Shown here: one piece after another, positions 26,377-39,650 of the stretch
Numbering within the stretch: position 1 is the stretch's first letter
How the letters are laid out: each line of letters starts with the position of its first letter
Source: Flaccisagitta enflata
Lineage: Eukaryota
Direction: 5' to 3'
DNA length: 64,000 nt
NCBI GenBank assembly: GCA_965153355.1
Contig: OZ231126.1
Span: 22,382,001-22,446,000, forward strand
Program-made: the position numbers and the translations under genes
Notes under the pieces: generated by a model
Database searches by the model: none
What the model was told of the DNA's origin: nothing
Seen by the model: only the letters and a program-made list of their open reading frames with translations

Positions 26377-28616
26377 ATGGACCCAACGCTGAATTTCGGT
26401 ATCAACTTTGGGGCACCCCCAATGTTTGCAGTAACACTCACATAAAATGGCTTAAACTGACTCGAAATCGTACCTTTCAAGGGGTCGCGTCAGTGGCAAT
26501 GAAAATGGATAATGTTGATTTCATCAAGTGTTTGAAAATTGAAACGCTTCACGATATGAGTGTCTCTCCCAACCTAATTTTGAATCTGTATCAATGCCCT
26601 TTATGGAATTCCACACTTCTTGAAGAAATTTCTGTCTGGCGATCGCAATCTGTTTGTTCTGAATCTGCGAGTGTCAACATGGCAAAGAACTGGTGCCGAG
26701 ACAACAAACGTGAGGGATACATTGTTGGCCGTTTAGATTACGAGGTAGTAGATTGTCAATGCGATATTTATTGTAAAGCATTCAATGATTGCTGCGAAGA
26801 CTTAGATGCCGCGGCTCAAAATAGTTCCGAAGCAATCAATACTTCAAACAATCTTACCAAAATTCCCAATTTAGACCAAATGATGGGATGCGCTTCTAAT
26901 CAAATTCCTCCTTGGAATCGAACCAACTCCTTTGGGTATTTCATGGTCACAGATTGCCCCGATAAAATGCACCATCTAAGAAATCATTGTCTCTCTTCTC
27001 TGCCCGAACGTTTTTTAAACATATATCATTTCACGCCACTGGAGTTGCGAGAAATCGTTTATAAGAACGCATTTTGCGCAATGTGCCATGGAGTCCACAA
27101 CCTAAGTGGAGTCAAGTTATGGCCGGTGTACTTTAAATCAATTGACCCTGACAACTGTACTACAGCTAACATTTTCACTGAAATGGGGCCCAATGCGTTT
27201 CCTCAATTGTTCAAGTTCTGTATTTTGAGGGGCAATGGAATAACGGGGCCGATAGCAGATGGAATACGGGACATCGATCGCGGCTCGACTCGAATGGGCA
27301 AAATGTGTTTGATCAACGACGGCTCAAAACCTGCGTTGAAGAAAGCGGGTGAAGAGAAGTTGATTCCTTCCAAAGGCGCGGAAAAAAGCCCATTTGCCCA
27401 AGCTTATCATAGATGCAAAAGCGCCATTCAGGCGGGCGTCGATTCTGTTGCAAGTGGTTACAACTTTTTGGTGGCAAAAACCTTAGAAGGTTTTGTAGTT
27501 GTTAGAAATATGACATCGATATGTCAAGACTGCCCCAATTTGATGCGAAGCTTATTCACCGATTCTGTACTCGATACAGTGTTACCACCAAATCCACTTA
27601 TATATTACAAAGGAATGCTATTGTTTTTTGACAGCCACGACCTCCTGACTCGTACAAGTTTAGGTATTGATTTTGTAGATGACGCTAACAAGGTCGACGG
27701 CGAGTTCGATAACGTCAACTTAAGCATAGATCACGATTCCTCAGAGACCGCTGTCACAACTAACTACACCAATTCCACCACAGAAAGCATAGTAAGAAAA
27801 GAAAAAAGTCTTCAAGAAGAAATCACTGACATTTTCAGTTTGGTTGGTTGTAGCCTTTCCATCGGGTCTTTGTTGGCTGTCTTGTACACTTTGAAAAAAA
27901 GGAAAAACTTTTGTCAAACAGAGGCCAAGCGGGTTCAATTTCTCCTGGTTATGTCAAAATTGATTTTCTTTTTGACATTTATGGTACGCCAATGTTTGGA
28001 AACTATCGAAACAGCCTGTAAAATTGTCGGGATAATTCTTCACTCTGCTCTTCTACTGTCCTTTACATGGGACATTTTGTTTGGCATGAAAGTCTTGAGG
28101 ATGATGATAAAGTTGAAATACGATACGGCTGCGATGGCAGTAGATAACAAAGACCAAAAGTCCATGAGCATCAAAGAAATGCTCCAGTACGCGGCGGTTT
28201 GGATCGGCGCTTGTGGCTTTGGAGTTGGCGTCGGTATCGTGGAATTCGCAATAACAACCAGCGCAAATAAATCATTCTTTGGGTATGGAAACGGAGTTTG
28301 TTTTGTGTCGGACGAGAAAGCCCAATTATTTTTCGTGGTTATTCCCACCGCGATCACTGTGCTAGTCAACATGTTGACAACCGCCTCCAGCGTCTGGCTC
28401 ATGCGGCAAATCACTCGCGATTTGCACGAGGAGATTGCCACCCCTCATTCACTTCTCACTTACTGTTCTCGATTGATGGTATTCCAGAGTGTTCAATGGC
28501 TGTTTGGCTTGATCTATTATTGGTACCATAGTCACGTCGTCTTATTCATTTTTACGTTTTTGACTTCTTTGGAAGGGGTCTTCATCATTACGGCTGTGTT
28601 CACTTCAAAATCTTGA
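26377..28616 (+). CDS. Somatomedin-B-domain, family-B (adhesion/Methuselah-like) 7TM GPCR, large terminal exon
   Basis: Acceptor TTTCAACAG (26376); frame open from 26377 into the 707-aa ORF. SMB motif CQCDIYCKAFNDCCEDL, Cys-rich YKNAFCAMCHG, many NxS/T sites, seven hydrophobic helices with family-B signatures (VGCSLSI, ACKIVGIILH...SFTW, GYGNGVCFV, FFVVIP, WLFG, SLEGVFI). Confidence 0.9.
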
Positions 28617-30958
28617 AACAGTCGAGGTGATTCGATTGTTTTGTCGATTCAAATAATTACAGATGTGGAAACGATTTGCCGCTTCCCGTTGGATGGGTGT
28701 TATTTGGAAAAAAGTCGAAGTAACGAAGATCCTTCAGCTTTTTGAGACCTTTTTGAAAAAGTGGATGTTTTTTTTTCACGCTGAATGAAATTGCATCAAA
28801 TTTTAGGGTGAGTGAATTTGACCATACCCTTTCAGATGGTACCAAGCAGAATTCTCTGCGATCAATACTTTTTGACTTATGAAGCCCTAAACCTTGTAGG
28901 GAACTGCCTGACTTTTGTTCCTCTTGCATTGGTAGGTCGAAATAGAGAAATTAAAACAGTTGAAAGGATAAGACCAAAAATGTAAAGGTTTCTCACCAAC
29001 CTCAAAAAATTGCTCATTGATTCTCAATCTAAACCTAGTTGCAGAGAAGAAAATGCCATAACTACATTAAATTGGATACAAAAGCCTAAAAGGCATTTAT
29101 GGTGCCTCTGTTTGAAACCAAGAATGCAACTTTTGGTTTAATAATTGATGAAAGAAGAAACAACACAATATACCGGTTTCAAAGCACTCAATGTGAAAGT
29201 TGCTTTTTGAGCTATTTCTAGTTTCAGACAATTCAAAGTTCTTGATGTATCCTCTAAAGTATTTGAGCTAATGACCTCTGCTTTGGCTAGTATAAGATGT
29301 CAGGTAATTTTTTGCAATACTGCAAAGGATGAAATGTGATACTCAAGCAGTTTTGTAATGCTTTAGTAATGCCTTTTACTTTTCCCCACATGAGCTTGTT
29401 CACCGTAATTCTTTTTAGTCATGTGCTACGCGACTCTACACCCCTCTTTGTCGGTCCGTCCATTGGTCCATCTGTCGGTCTGTGACACACTTTCTTTTTG
29501 GTTTCTAACGATCTTCGGCACGCGGCCTTACTGCTCTTGCCCAATTGATGAAGTGCCCTCAAACACAGCCCCTGTCCACCTGCACGCGACCGGGGTAGCC
29601 GTATATCCGACCTTGTTCCTTCAGTGCCCTACTTGGGAATATCTCGTCCAGTTTTTAGTCGCGTGCTACGCGACTCTATGAACCGCTATGACGGTCGGTC
29701 GGTTGGTCGGTCGGTTGGTCGGTTGGTCTGTCGGTCAGTCGGTCACCGTTTGCTTTTTTCGGCGTTTTTGGGCGGTTTTTGCATTACTACTCCTGCTTTT
29801 AGTTGTTTTGTCTTTTGGTCTTTAGGTCTTTAGGTCTTTTAGTCATATAGTCTTCAAGACCGCACGCGACTTGTAACGCGTTGGCCTTGTTTTCCTGTAT
29901 CACACATTATCGGTTTCATAGCGACAATCCTGTCAATCTGTAAATCTTATTATATCAATACACTTTTTCTTGACCCAATCAGACTAGTGTCTCTGCAGCA
30001 TTCCCAAACCCTCAAAATGATTGGCGTTAGACTAGTTCAACGGTTTTGATGGGACTAAATATTTTAGTCTTTCATGTATAAGCAAAACTTACACTCACTT
30101 CAGTTGCATGGCAAAAGCATTTTGGACCTATGGACTTATGGAATTTTGGCATAATGGAATTTTGGTCGCCCTTGAGTCCTACCACGCGTATCAATAAAAA
30201 AGACGCACTTTTGAATGGCTTATTGTGGCAACAAATTTCAATAAAACCTAATGAAATTCTAGACCATTGGAAAGCACTTTGAAAATACAGTTGAGCTTCA
30301 CTAGAGTGCATGCCAAAGGACTGAGCAAAATTATCCCTTATAGTGAAGCTGCCTTATTGCCAATATAGAAATAACTACAAAATCTCTCATAGGACTGCAA
30401 GTTCAATGCCTTATAGGCGGGCATGCCTTATTAGCGGGTGCGCTCTAGCGGTGCTTTACTGTACTTTCATATGGCTTCAATCTGGTATTTCCATCTTTTT
30501 TCGTTTAGAAATGGCATTAGTTTGGATGAAAACTTTGCCTTCTCATTTTCACAATCTCTATATAAAAAGTGCATTTTAGCAAAATAGAGCTTCTCTTTGG
30601 AAGGCTCTAGCTCATGAACCACTTATGATAATGACATAGACATATTTATGAATACGAAATTTTCTATGCTTCGTGTAATATGTACCTCTTTGATTGAAAC
30701 CGTTATTGAAATCGTTGAATGACAGAGAAAGGTCACTACATACAAGGACAGATAGATACAAAGATAGACACAGAATTTGACAAAATGAGACCGTGTCGGA
30801 CAAAGACATGGACATACAGCGAAAAACGATAGAAGAGAGAGTGATTCAGGATTGAGTTGTTTTGAGCCAAATTTTGTGTGTTGAGGATTTTCATTGGACT
30901 AATCGCCGTATGACTACAAACTCCATGTGAGCGCATGCGCAGTTAAGAAATAGGTAAT

Positions 30959-31050
<92 letters not shown>

Positions 31051-31107
31051 AGAGAGGTTTGAAAGACAGAAAGGCTGATAGACAGACTGAAAGGCTGACA
31101 GACAGGC

Positions 31108-31158
<51 letters not shown>

Positions 31159-31171
31159 TAGACAGACAGAC

Positions 31172-31218
<47 letters not shown>

Positions 31219-31674
31219 AAAAAGAAAGAAAGACGGACAGACAGACAGACAAACAAATACTGAGACAAACACAGAGATAGAGCCAGTGTCAGGGACAGAG
31301 ACAGACAGAGACAGAACGACATTCAGGATGCTTGATCTTAAGACGAATTGACCGACAATTTGAACAAACCGACACACAGACAGATCAGGCCAATGGTCAA
31401 ACAGGATTGGCAGGTTTTCATCCAAATCGACTTTCATTCACAGCTGTAATATGAATTGAATATAAGATACAATCCCTCAATTGTAAGCTAACATCACCGA
31501 AAGGACTGCCTCGATTGGGTCGATGACGAAGAACTTACCGTTGACTGAATTGACTCCCTCACCCTCTGACCAAACCTGGTCATCGGTTGACCGACGACTT
31601 GCTTTTCCCTTCCTCTTCATCTCCTTAAATTAAAAACAAGCTAAGATAACCAACCATATTCGGTTGACATCCAT

Positions 31675-33199
31675 TCCAAAACCAAATCATGCATGCTAAA
31701 CCAATGACTGTTTTTCAATCTCGGGATTGTTGAACTGTAGAACTAGGTCAGCTGCTGGCCACGATGGTGTTGGCTACAACCTCCTAAAGAAGGTTCCTCC
31801 CTCTTATCTGGCCTACATAACAAAGTTTTTTGTGGCCTGTATAAAGATAGGATACTTTCCTAAGGTCTGGAAGCATGCCAAAACCATAATGGTGCCTAAG
31901 CCTGGAAAAGATCTATCCCAGGCTAAAAATTACCGACCCATATCCCTCCTCTCCTGCTTAGGAAAACTATTTGAGAGACTACTGGCAGGCAGGCTTAGTA
32001 ATTTACTTGAGTCCAAAGGAATATTCAACAAAAACCAAAGCGGTTACAGAAATGGTAAAATGAGTTCTGACCATCTGTTGAGACTTGTTGAGGAGAGCCA
32101 TAAAGGTTTCAGAGAAGGTGAAGTCACAGCTAGTTTGTTTTTAGATGCAGAGGCAGCCTTTGACAAATGCTGGCATGATGGTGTCAGGTACAAATTGAAA
32201 AACTCACTAGGCTTGCCAGACAGAATAGTCAGAGTCCTTAGCTCTTTCCTCATTGATAGAACATCATGTCTTTGAAACAGGGTCTCTCTTCTAAAGTTGT
32301 CAACTCTGAGGTCCGGGACACCTCTAAGGAGCCGCCTGTCCCCACCACTCTACATCATATCTGTGAATGACCTACCCACAGGAGAAGACACGGGCACAGG
32401 CCACTATCAGTTTGCAGATGACATTGCCATATGTGGTAGTGCCAGGACCGAGTTGCTGGCTGTCAGAAAGATTCAAAGGGCCGTGGATGCTGTTGAAGGA
32501 TGGTGCCGTAAGTGGCGGGTGAAATTAAACGGAGACAAATCAAATTTGGTCATTCTGAGTAAGAAACGGGGAAAGCTAGAAGAAAAACCTAGCAATCCTC
32601 CTTTTCAATGATGTAGTGAGGCCGGTATCTAAGGCAAAATTTCTTGGCGTTGAGATTAATTCAACTCTCAATTTCAAGGATCATATTCAAGCTTTATCTC
32701 AAAGAGCAGAAAAAAGACTGAATATCCTTAGAATATTGGCATGGGTTGGGACCGATCCAAAGATCCTCATCCGACTTTACAAAGTTTATATCAGGTCAAT
32801 CTTTGAATATGGGTCTGTCTGTTTTGTCCATTCCCCAGAAAGTACACTTGACATAATGCAGAGTATCCAAAATCGGGCCATCCGTACCTGCCTCCGTCTG
32901 CCCAGATATGTCAGCCTGAAGATATTACATGAAAGTGCCTGTCTGCCCATGATAAAGGTCCGTCTGCTGCAGCTGATCTCCAAAATGGTGACCAAGATGA
33001 AGGTTGGGAACCCAGTTTTGAGCAAATTGATCAGTGAAAGAGAGGCAGAAGTGATACAGCTAGTTCGCGCAAGTACATCAAAGGATCAAAAAGTCATCTA
33101 TCGGTCCCACCGCAGCCCTCTAGATGTTATCCTGCCTGCACAGCGCCCACCAAATCTTCCTCCATCTCCTGCTCAAAATCATCTGTGACTCATCCTATT
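31675..33199 (+). mobile_element. Decayed, 5'-truncated non-LTR retrotransposon ORF2 (RT; Jockey/I-group-like), copy 1
   Basis: PKPGKD, NYRPISLLSCLGKLFERLL, QSGYR, FLDAEAAFDKCWH, QFADD; frameshifts near 32265 and 32590. Confidence 0.92.
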
Positions 33200-33496
33200 T
33201 AAAATTTTGACGCCTAGACACACATCGGAGATAAGATTCATCACCCCCGGAAATCAGCGGAAATTATTGGAAATTACAAAGCGGAAATTAGTTGAAATTA
33301 TTTCTGCCTTACCGTTCTTTTACATGCAACCCCTTGCATGCAGCTACATGCAGCTTGTTGCACGCAGCAATCTGCAGTTACACGCAGTAACATGCAGCTA
33401 CAAACGCTCTCACATGCAGCGCCTCCTACACACACGCTCTCACATGCAGCATCTCCCTCTTACTCCAAATACATGTAGTTTAAGAAAAAAAGGCAT

Positions 33497-33580
33497 TGCT
33501 TCCAGCAGGATTCGAACCCGCGACACATCGCAATCTTTGGAATTTCACCGCGATGTTCTTTACCATTATGCTATGGAAGC
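33497..33580 (-). ncRNA. tRNA-like Pol III unit (tRNA pseudogene or SINE head)
   Basis: Minus strand: 7-bp acceptor stem GCTTCCA/TGGAAGC, A-box TAGCATAATGGT, T-arm GCGGG-TTCGAAT-CCTGC, stem ATCGC/GCGAT closing an 18-nt loop, T-run just downstream; the D-stem does not pair. Confidence 0.7.
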
Positions 33581-33784
33581 ACATGTTTTTTGAGCATAAG
33601 CAGAAGCGAATGTATCTAAAAGAGACATTGAGATCTGAACTAAGGTGGTTTTGATTTTGCTTTCAAATCATCTAATTGGAAGGGTTGCAAGTTCGCATCC
33701 AGCTAGTCACTGGACTTTTTTGCTTCGCTTGATCGATTAGGGTTAGTCTTGGATGTTTTCAATCCAGTTCACATAGTATGGCGC

Positions 33785-34200
33785 GAGAAACGGCCGCGCC
33801 TGACACGCAACGACCGCGCGTGACATGTGATGGCCGCCGTGACGCGTAACGGCTGCGCGTGACGCGTAACGGCCGCGCGTGACGCCCACGCGTGACGCGT
33901 AACGGCCGCGCGTGACGCGTAACGGCCGCGCGTGACGCGTAACGGCCGCGCGTGACGCGTAATGGCCGCACGTGACGCCAAATGGCCGCACGTAACGCGT
34001 GACGGCCGCGCGTAACGCGTCACGGCCGAGTGTGATGCGTAACCGCAGCGCATGATGCGTAACGGCCCCGTGCGTGACGCATAACGGCCCCGCATAATGC
34101 GTAATGGCCGCGCGTGATACCTAACGGCCCCGCATGACACGCAACCACCGCGCAAGACGCGTAACCGCCGCACGTGATGCATATCGCCATGCGTGGCGCA
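33785..34200. repeat. 20-bp CpG-rich minisatellite (GACGCGTAACGGCCGCGCGT)n
   Basis: Near-perfect units at 33840-33960, degenerating outward. Confidence 0.9.
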
Positions 34201-34204
34201 TAAC

Positions 34205-34775
34205 AGCCTCAGCGACCTAATCCCTGCCTCAGCGACCCAATCCCTGCCTCAGCGACCCAATCCCCGCCTCAGCGACCTAATCCCCGGCCTCAGCGACCAA
34301 ATCCCCGCCTCAGCGACCAAATCCCCGCCTCAGCGACCAAATCCCTGCCTCAGCGACCTAATCCCGGCCTCAGCGACCCAATCCCGGCCTCAGCGACCTA
34401 ATCCCGGCCCCAGCGACCACATCCCGCCCTCAGCGACCTAATCCCGGCCTCAGCGACCTAATCCCCCCCGGCCTCAGCGACCTAATCCCCGGCCTCAGCG
34501 ACCTAATCCCGGCCTCAGCGACCTAAAATCCTGCCTCAGCGACCAACTTGGCCTCAGCGACCCAATCCCGGCCTCAGCGACCCAATCCCGGCCTCAGCGA
34601 CCTAATCCCGGCCTCAGCGACCCAATCCCGGCCTCAGCGACCTAATCCCACACCTCAGGACCCATCCGGCCTCAGGACCTAATCCCGGCTCCTCACCGCG
34701 ACCTAATCCCGGCCTCAGCGACCTAATCCCGGCCTTAACGACCTAATCCCGGCCTCAGCGGCCTAATCCTGGCCT
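34205..34775. repeat. 20-bp minisatellite (CCTCAGCGACCTAATCCCGG)n
   Basis: Contiguous tandem units with no spacers. Confidence 0.92.
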
Positions 34776-35165
34776 TCATTTGTTTGTTCATTTGTTCATT
34801 TGCATTTGTACATTTGTTTCATACATTCTTTCATTCATCATTTGGAATCAGCGTGGAGCACATATTCATCGTAACAAGCCCTAGTTTCTGAATATTGCAA
34901 AAGATTGACAAAGATATTTAAGGAAACATCGTTCATTTTTTTCTTGAATGAAAAAAACAGTCATTTGAAAATATTCAACAGAAACGATGTAAAACGCTGT
35001 TGACAACGGAGGCAAAGTCTCTTTTTAGTATTTCTCAACTTTCTCGGCCGCGTTGGAGACGTTGACTATTCTGCAACCGCATCCTTCCAACGACGCTGAG
35101 TTGCTTCCCAACGCCCCGTCTTTGTCAATGTCATCATCCTCGATCTGGTCGTCGTCCTGGTCGTT

Positions 35166-35261
<96 letters not shown>

Positions 35262-35331
35262 AATTTTGTAATGCTTGCAATTTTTTTTTCCCCGTTCTTT
35301 TTTGATAAGATACTGTTTTAGTTGTTTCTGC

Positions 35332-36242
35332 TCAATCTCTTTCATCGTAGTCGTCTTCCCTCTTTACATCTTCCTCCTCTTCCTCCTCCCATTCTTGCTC
35401 CGTCGCTTCAAGCAATCGTGCGTAGACTGAGATAGCCTCGGACATCATGGTAGACTGAGATTCGGGAAATTCCATGCCACGATTCGAGTACCCCTTAATT
35501 TCATCTTCTGCCCGTAAATTGCTGAACAGTTGGTCGATGTTCAAAGACAAGTTCCTGTGCATGTAAGGGTTTGAATAAGGGTTTGAATATGAGTTTAAAC
35601 TATGCGTTACCTGAGGCTGCCCTATTGCCAACATAAAAAAAAGTACAGAAGGATTAATATAAGATGTGAACCTTTTAAAACTGTAGCACCCCCTTACAAA
35701 TCAAACTATAGTAATAAATAGTTTGTATTAGGTTGCTAATTATAGCTTAGGATTATACAATTAGCGCCACCACGGCGATTTTGCAATTTCCACTCTAGTT
35801 TCAAATTATAATACAAAATCAAAGATTTTTTGAATTTATGAAAATAGCTTATTTCAATACTATTGTAAGATATATCTTAAGTTAGAGGAGTAAAGTTAAA
35901 AATTGTTCAGGAGGTGCCACTTATATTGATATAAGCATTGTTTCTTTACTCTTTATGTCTTTGAAATATAATTAATTAAGATTCTCGGTAGGGGTGCTAC
36001 AGTTTTCAGGGGGTTCACATCTTGTATTCAGCTTATCTCTGTACAAAATCTTTCATGGGACCGTAGGTTGTATCACTTGTATGTCTGATTGGCGGTCATG
36101 CCTTAATAGCGTGTGCTCTTTAGCGGTGCTCCACTTTCACACACACAGTAAAAAAAAGCTCATGTGCACACATTAAAATGTTCACACAATTACGCAAACA
36201 TACACTCAGTCATTAACACACAGAAAGACACACACATACACG

Positions 36243-36338
<96 letters not shown>

Positions 36339-38289
36339 TTTCGATATTCAAACTTCCTTGCTCTGGAAGATAATTGTAGGATCCTCTAGTTTTAACCTAA
36401 GGGCTTTACAAATCTGGTGGGTCCACAGAGGCTTTGAAGGCTCCGCCACGCAGTTCGCTGACGAGCTTGTCACCGATAGGTCTGAAGATGACGCTTCTGT
36501 TCGGCAATTTCCCTTAAAATTTAAGAATGTTGAAATTTCTTTACCTATGAACGCCAAGTAGGTATAGGATAATACATGAACAAATGTGTGACAGACAAGA
36601 CAACGAATTTGCAAATAAACAAATTGCTGTAATGCAAAACACACTCATAATTAGTAAAAATGATGTTGGTGATATTTTGGAGCTGCTGTTGTTGTTGTTG
36701 TTGTTGTGGTTGATGTCTTAATTCATGGCCCAAGTTCTTTAATTTTTTTTTATTGATTATGAATAGCTAGCAACTACATACAGAATCATATACACTTTTT
36801 TTTTATAAAAACCTAGTTTATAAGAACATTAAGGCTTCAAATGGCCCAAAAATTAAGAATCTTGAGAAAAAAATTTTGCTTCGTTTGCACTCCGACCTAT
36901 GTCCTTAATATCTTTTTGTATTGTTTCTGAAAAATAATTATAAAAAACTTAGATTTTTCAAGAAAAATTGATTTAAGAATATAAATTATTACAACGATTA
37001 TCTGTATCTTAATATTATTAAAATATCATTTGATAATATTCAATGTATAAAAAAATAACTATCATTTTCTATTTTGAAGATATATATTTTAAACAATTTT
37101 CACAGCGATGATGGAAGTTTAGAATATGAAACAAAATTTCTTTTTAAATTTGAGGGCAGGGGTTATCCTTTGATTGTCCTTAAATTTTGGCAAAATTTCA
37201 GCCTCATGTCCTTATAAACCTTGTCCTTACTCAATAAAAAGTGTAGATGAACAAATTCGACGCATTGAGTGGTCGAGAACGAGAAATGACCTCCAAACTC
37301 ATTTTTACAAGTTAAAAAATGACAACACGTAGTCACGTGCGACTTTATATAGCTTTATTTTGCCTGTCTATGTTGCTTTAGTCGCTCTTAACAAGCGCAT
37401 ATTTCTCAAAGCGAGTTGCAATACTTTTATTCAAAAAGTGAAAGGGGCTTTCTGAAAAATGTCAGTCTGAATCTGGGGAAGTCCCCTGGGGACATCCCCT
37501 GTTCATTCCCTGGAGTTTTTTTTCATAAACTTTTAAAGTGTGATTTAACTGGGCTTTTCCATTTTCAATCTACTTTTTATCAGGGATATCAGGGCTTTTC
37601 CCCCAAGGAAAGCCCTGCTATATCCCATTGTTACTTCATTTAAAAAATGAAAGAGACTTGCTGAATAATGTCAAAGCCTGAATTTCAGGAAATCTTCTGG
37701 GGATATCCTCAGTCTAGTCCCCAGAGCTTTTTTTTCACAAATTTTTAAAGAGGGATACAACCGAGCTTTTCCAGATTTTAACTACTTTTTATCGGAGACA
37801 TCGGGGCTTTTCCCTGGGGAAAAGCTTCGTTACATCCCCTGTTAACTTTCGTTTGAAAAGAGGTTTGCTGAAAAATGTCAAAGTCTGAATCCTGGGAAGT
37901 CCCTCCCCCCCCCCCCCCCGTTCAGTCCCTAGAGCTTTTTTCACAAACTTTTAAAGGGGGATGTAACCGGGCTTTTCCAAGCTCAAACTACTTTTTATCG
38001 GGGACATCAGGGCTTTTCCCCCGGGGGACTAATGTCCACTTTTTGTATTATAGATTGCGCTGTGTCACGTGCGACTTCATATAGCTTTATTTTGCCTGTC
38101 TATGTTGCTTTAGTCGCTCTAAACAAGTGCATATTTCTCAAAGCGAGTTGCAATACATTTAACTCCCGATTTGATTATTAAAACCGTAGTCTCTTTTTTC
38201 ATCTTTTGCGTTTCCGGCGCTGTTATAGTGGCAAAATATGTCGTACCTGGACGAATAAAAAATGACCAACGGTTCTCCTCGTCCTCCAT
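35332..38289 (-). CDS. Tentative 3-exon gene for a 122-aa protein with an acidic C-terminus (exons 38289-38247, 36512-36410, 35554-35332)
   Basis: Phase-consistent GT-AG joins give MEDEENRWSFFIRPGKLPNRSVIFRPIGDKLVSELRGGAFKASVDPPDLNLSLNIDQLFSNLRAEDEIKGY...DDYDERD*; no recognised domain, second donor weak. Confidence 0.3.
35660..36024. mobile_element. Tc1/mariner-type MITE
   Basis: AAGATGTGAACC...AAAACTGTAGCACCCC / GGGGTGCTACAGTTTT...GGTTCACATCTTG with TA flanks. Confidence 0.8.
36793..37243. mobile_element. TA-flanked MITE with imperfect TIRs
   Basis: TA|CACTTTTT...GTTTATAAGAACAT ... ATGTCCTTATAAAC...AAAAAGTG|TA. Confidence 0.65.
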
Positions 38290-38444
38290 TCAGCCAGCAC
38301 CGTGACTAATAATCGGACGAGTATTTTCGAAGTTAGCGATGAAAATTTAAAAACAACTCCTGTTATTGAACGCAGGATAAGGCGAAGTTGATATCTATTC
38401 TCTTTAAGCCACATTTAAAGGGCGACTTTTCTTATCTCCGATGA

Positions 38445-38836
38445 TAACAACTGCCTTATCTCCCTGCTAGTTAGATTCTTAGCCAGATCCCCCCAACTAC
38501 AGTACTATTTACATAGACTACGTTGGGTAAGGATCTGAAGGGGATGAGTCAGACAAAAAACGACTCCTAGGTCCATTCACATGGCTAGGAGCCTCTACTA
38601 ATACTACTACTACTGCATACAAACTGATAACAACGTAATAAATTTGACTCTGTCTGCCTCTCTCTTTCAGTCTCTCTCACAATGACAACTGTCTTATCTC
38701 CTAGCTAGTTCTATTCTTAGCCAGATCCCCCCAACTTCAGTACTATTTACATAGACTACTTTGGGTAAGGATCTGCGGGGATGAGTCAGACGAAAACAAC
38801 TACACCACTACTGCATATTAACTGCTGACAACGAAA

Positions 38837-38909
<73 letters not shown>

Positions 38910-39110
38910 CCACGGCCAAAGTCAATCCCAAAGAGTCGGTCCTTCAAGGAGGGAGGGTAGTGACTTATCCTATTTATTCACCTTTCCTAGGTTAAGGTTC
39001 CTTCTAGTATTTCTTGCACATTTGTAAATTTTCTGTTAGTTGTACGTATCAATACGTAAATCTGCCTATTTATCAAACTTTTCACATGTTGAACTCTCCT
39101 TTAATATTTC
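38445..39110 (+). mobile_element. Solo copy of the module found 3' of LINE copy 2 (matches 41190-41804)
   Basis: Same two subrepeats, (CT)n tract and GAGTCCACGGCCAAAGTCAATCCCAAAGAGTCGG block. Confidence 0.8.
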
Positions 39111-39650
39111 TAGTTGATTCATAATTTTTCTCATTTCTTTGTAAGTATCAACACGTAGATCTGCTGTCCAAAGTAGTATGTATCAAAAAGCCCAATTGGG
39201 AATTGCGATTTATTACTTCATCATATTACTTTATTACTTTATCTATTACTAGATTTTGCTGATCCAGAAAGGACTGATTCTTTGGGAAAAGTTTAACTAC
39301 TTGTCCTCTCCTATTGTATCAAGAATTATTAGCAAACAAATGCCTAAAGTGAGACTCAATTATAAGAATTTTGGTAGAAAATGATAAACACGCCTCGCTT
39401 TGCGATTGGCTTATGACTGACCCGGAAAAGACAGATTTTGTATGACGAACAAACAAACGAAGGAAAAATATGCTTCCTTCAGAAACTAGCCATTATGCCT
39501 CATGTTCTCTTGTTTCTATCTATATGCAACTTAGTATCCGCTCGAAGGAAGTCTGAACCATGTAAATAGAATTGCTGTAAGTAGGGTGTAGGGATGGTAA
39601 CCCCATCCATATCGTCCTTTTGGTCCTTCCAATAAATCCCATTTTCTCTC

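Noticed and set aside
33497-33580. Functional tRNA with an assignable anticodon
   Set aside because: The D-stem does not pair and U33 is missing in the canonical register
33785-34775. CRISPR-like arrays
   Set aside because: Contiguous 20-bp tandem units with no unique spacers, no cas genes, eukaryotic context
36348-36644. NCRTEA as a TIR alphaC motif
   Set aside because: No surrounding TIR strands or helices, and it is on the opposite strand from the TIR gene
38775-38800. Hammerhead-ribozyme-like GATGAGTCAGACGAAA in the LINE 3' module
   Set aside because: The core reads GGGATGA, not CTGATGA; stem II has a 1-nt loop; the copies at 41290 and 41490 read GGAGAAGTC
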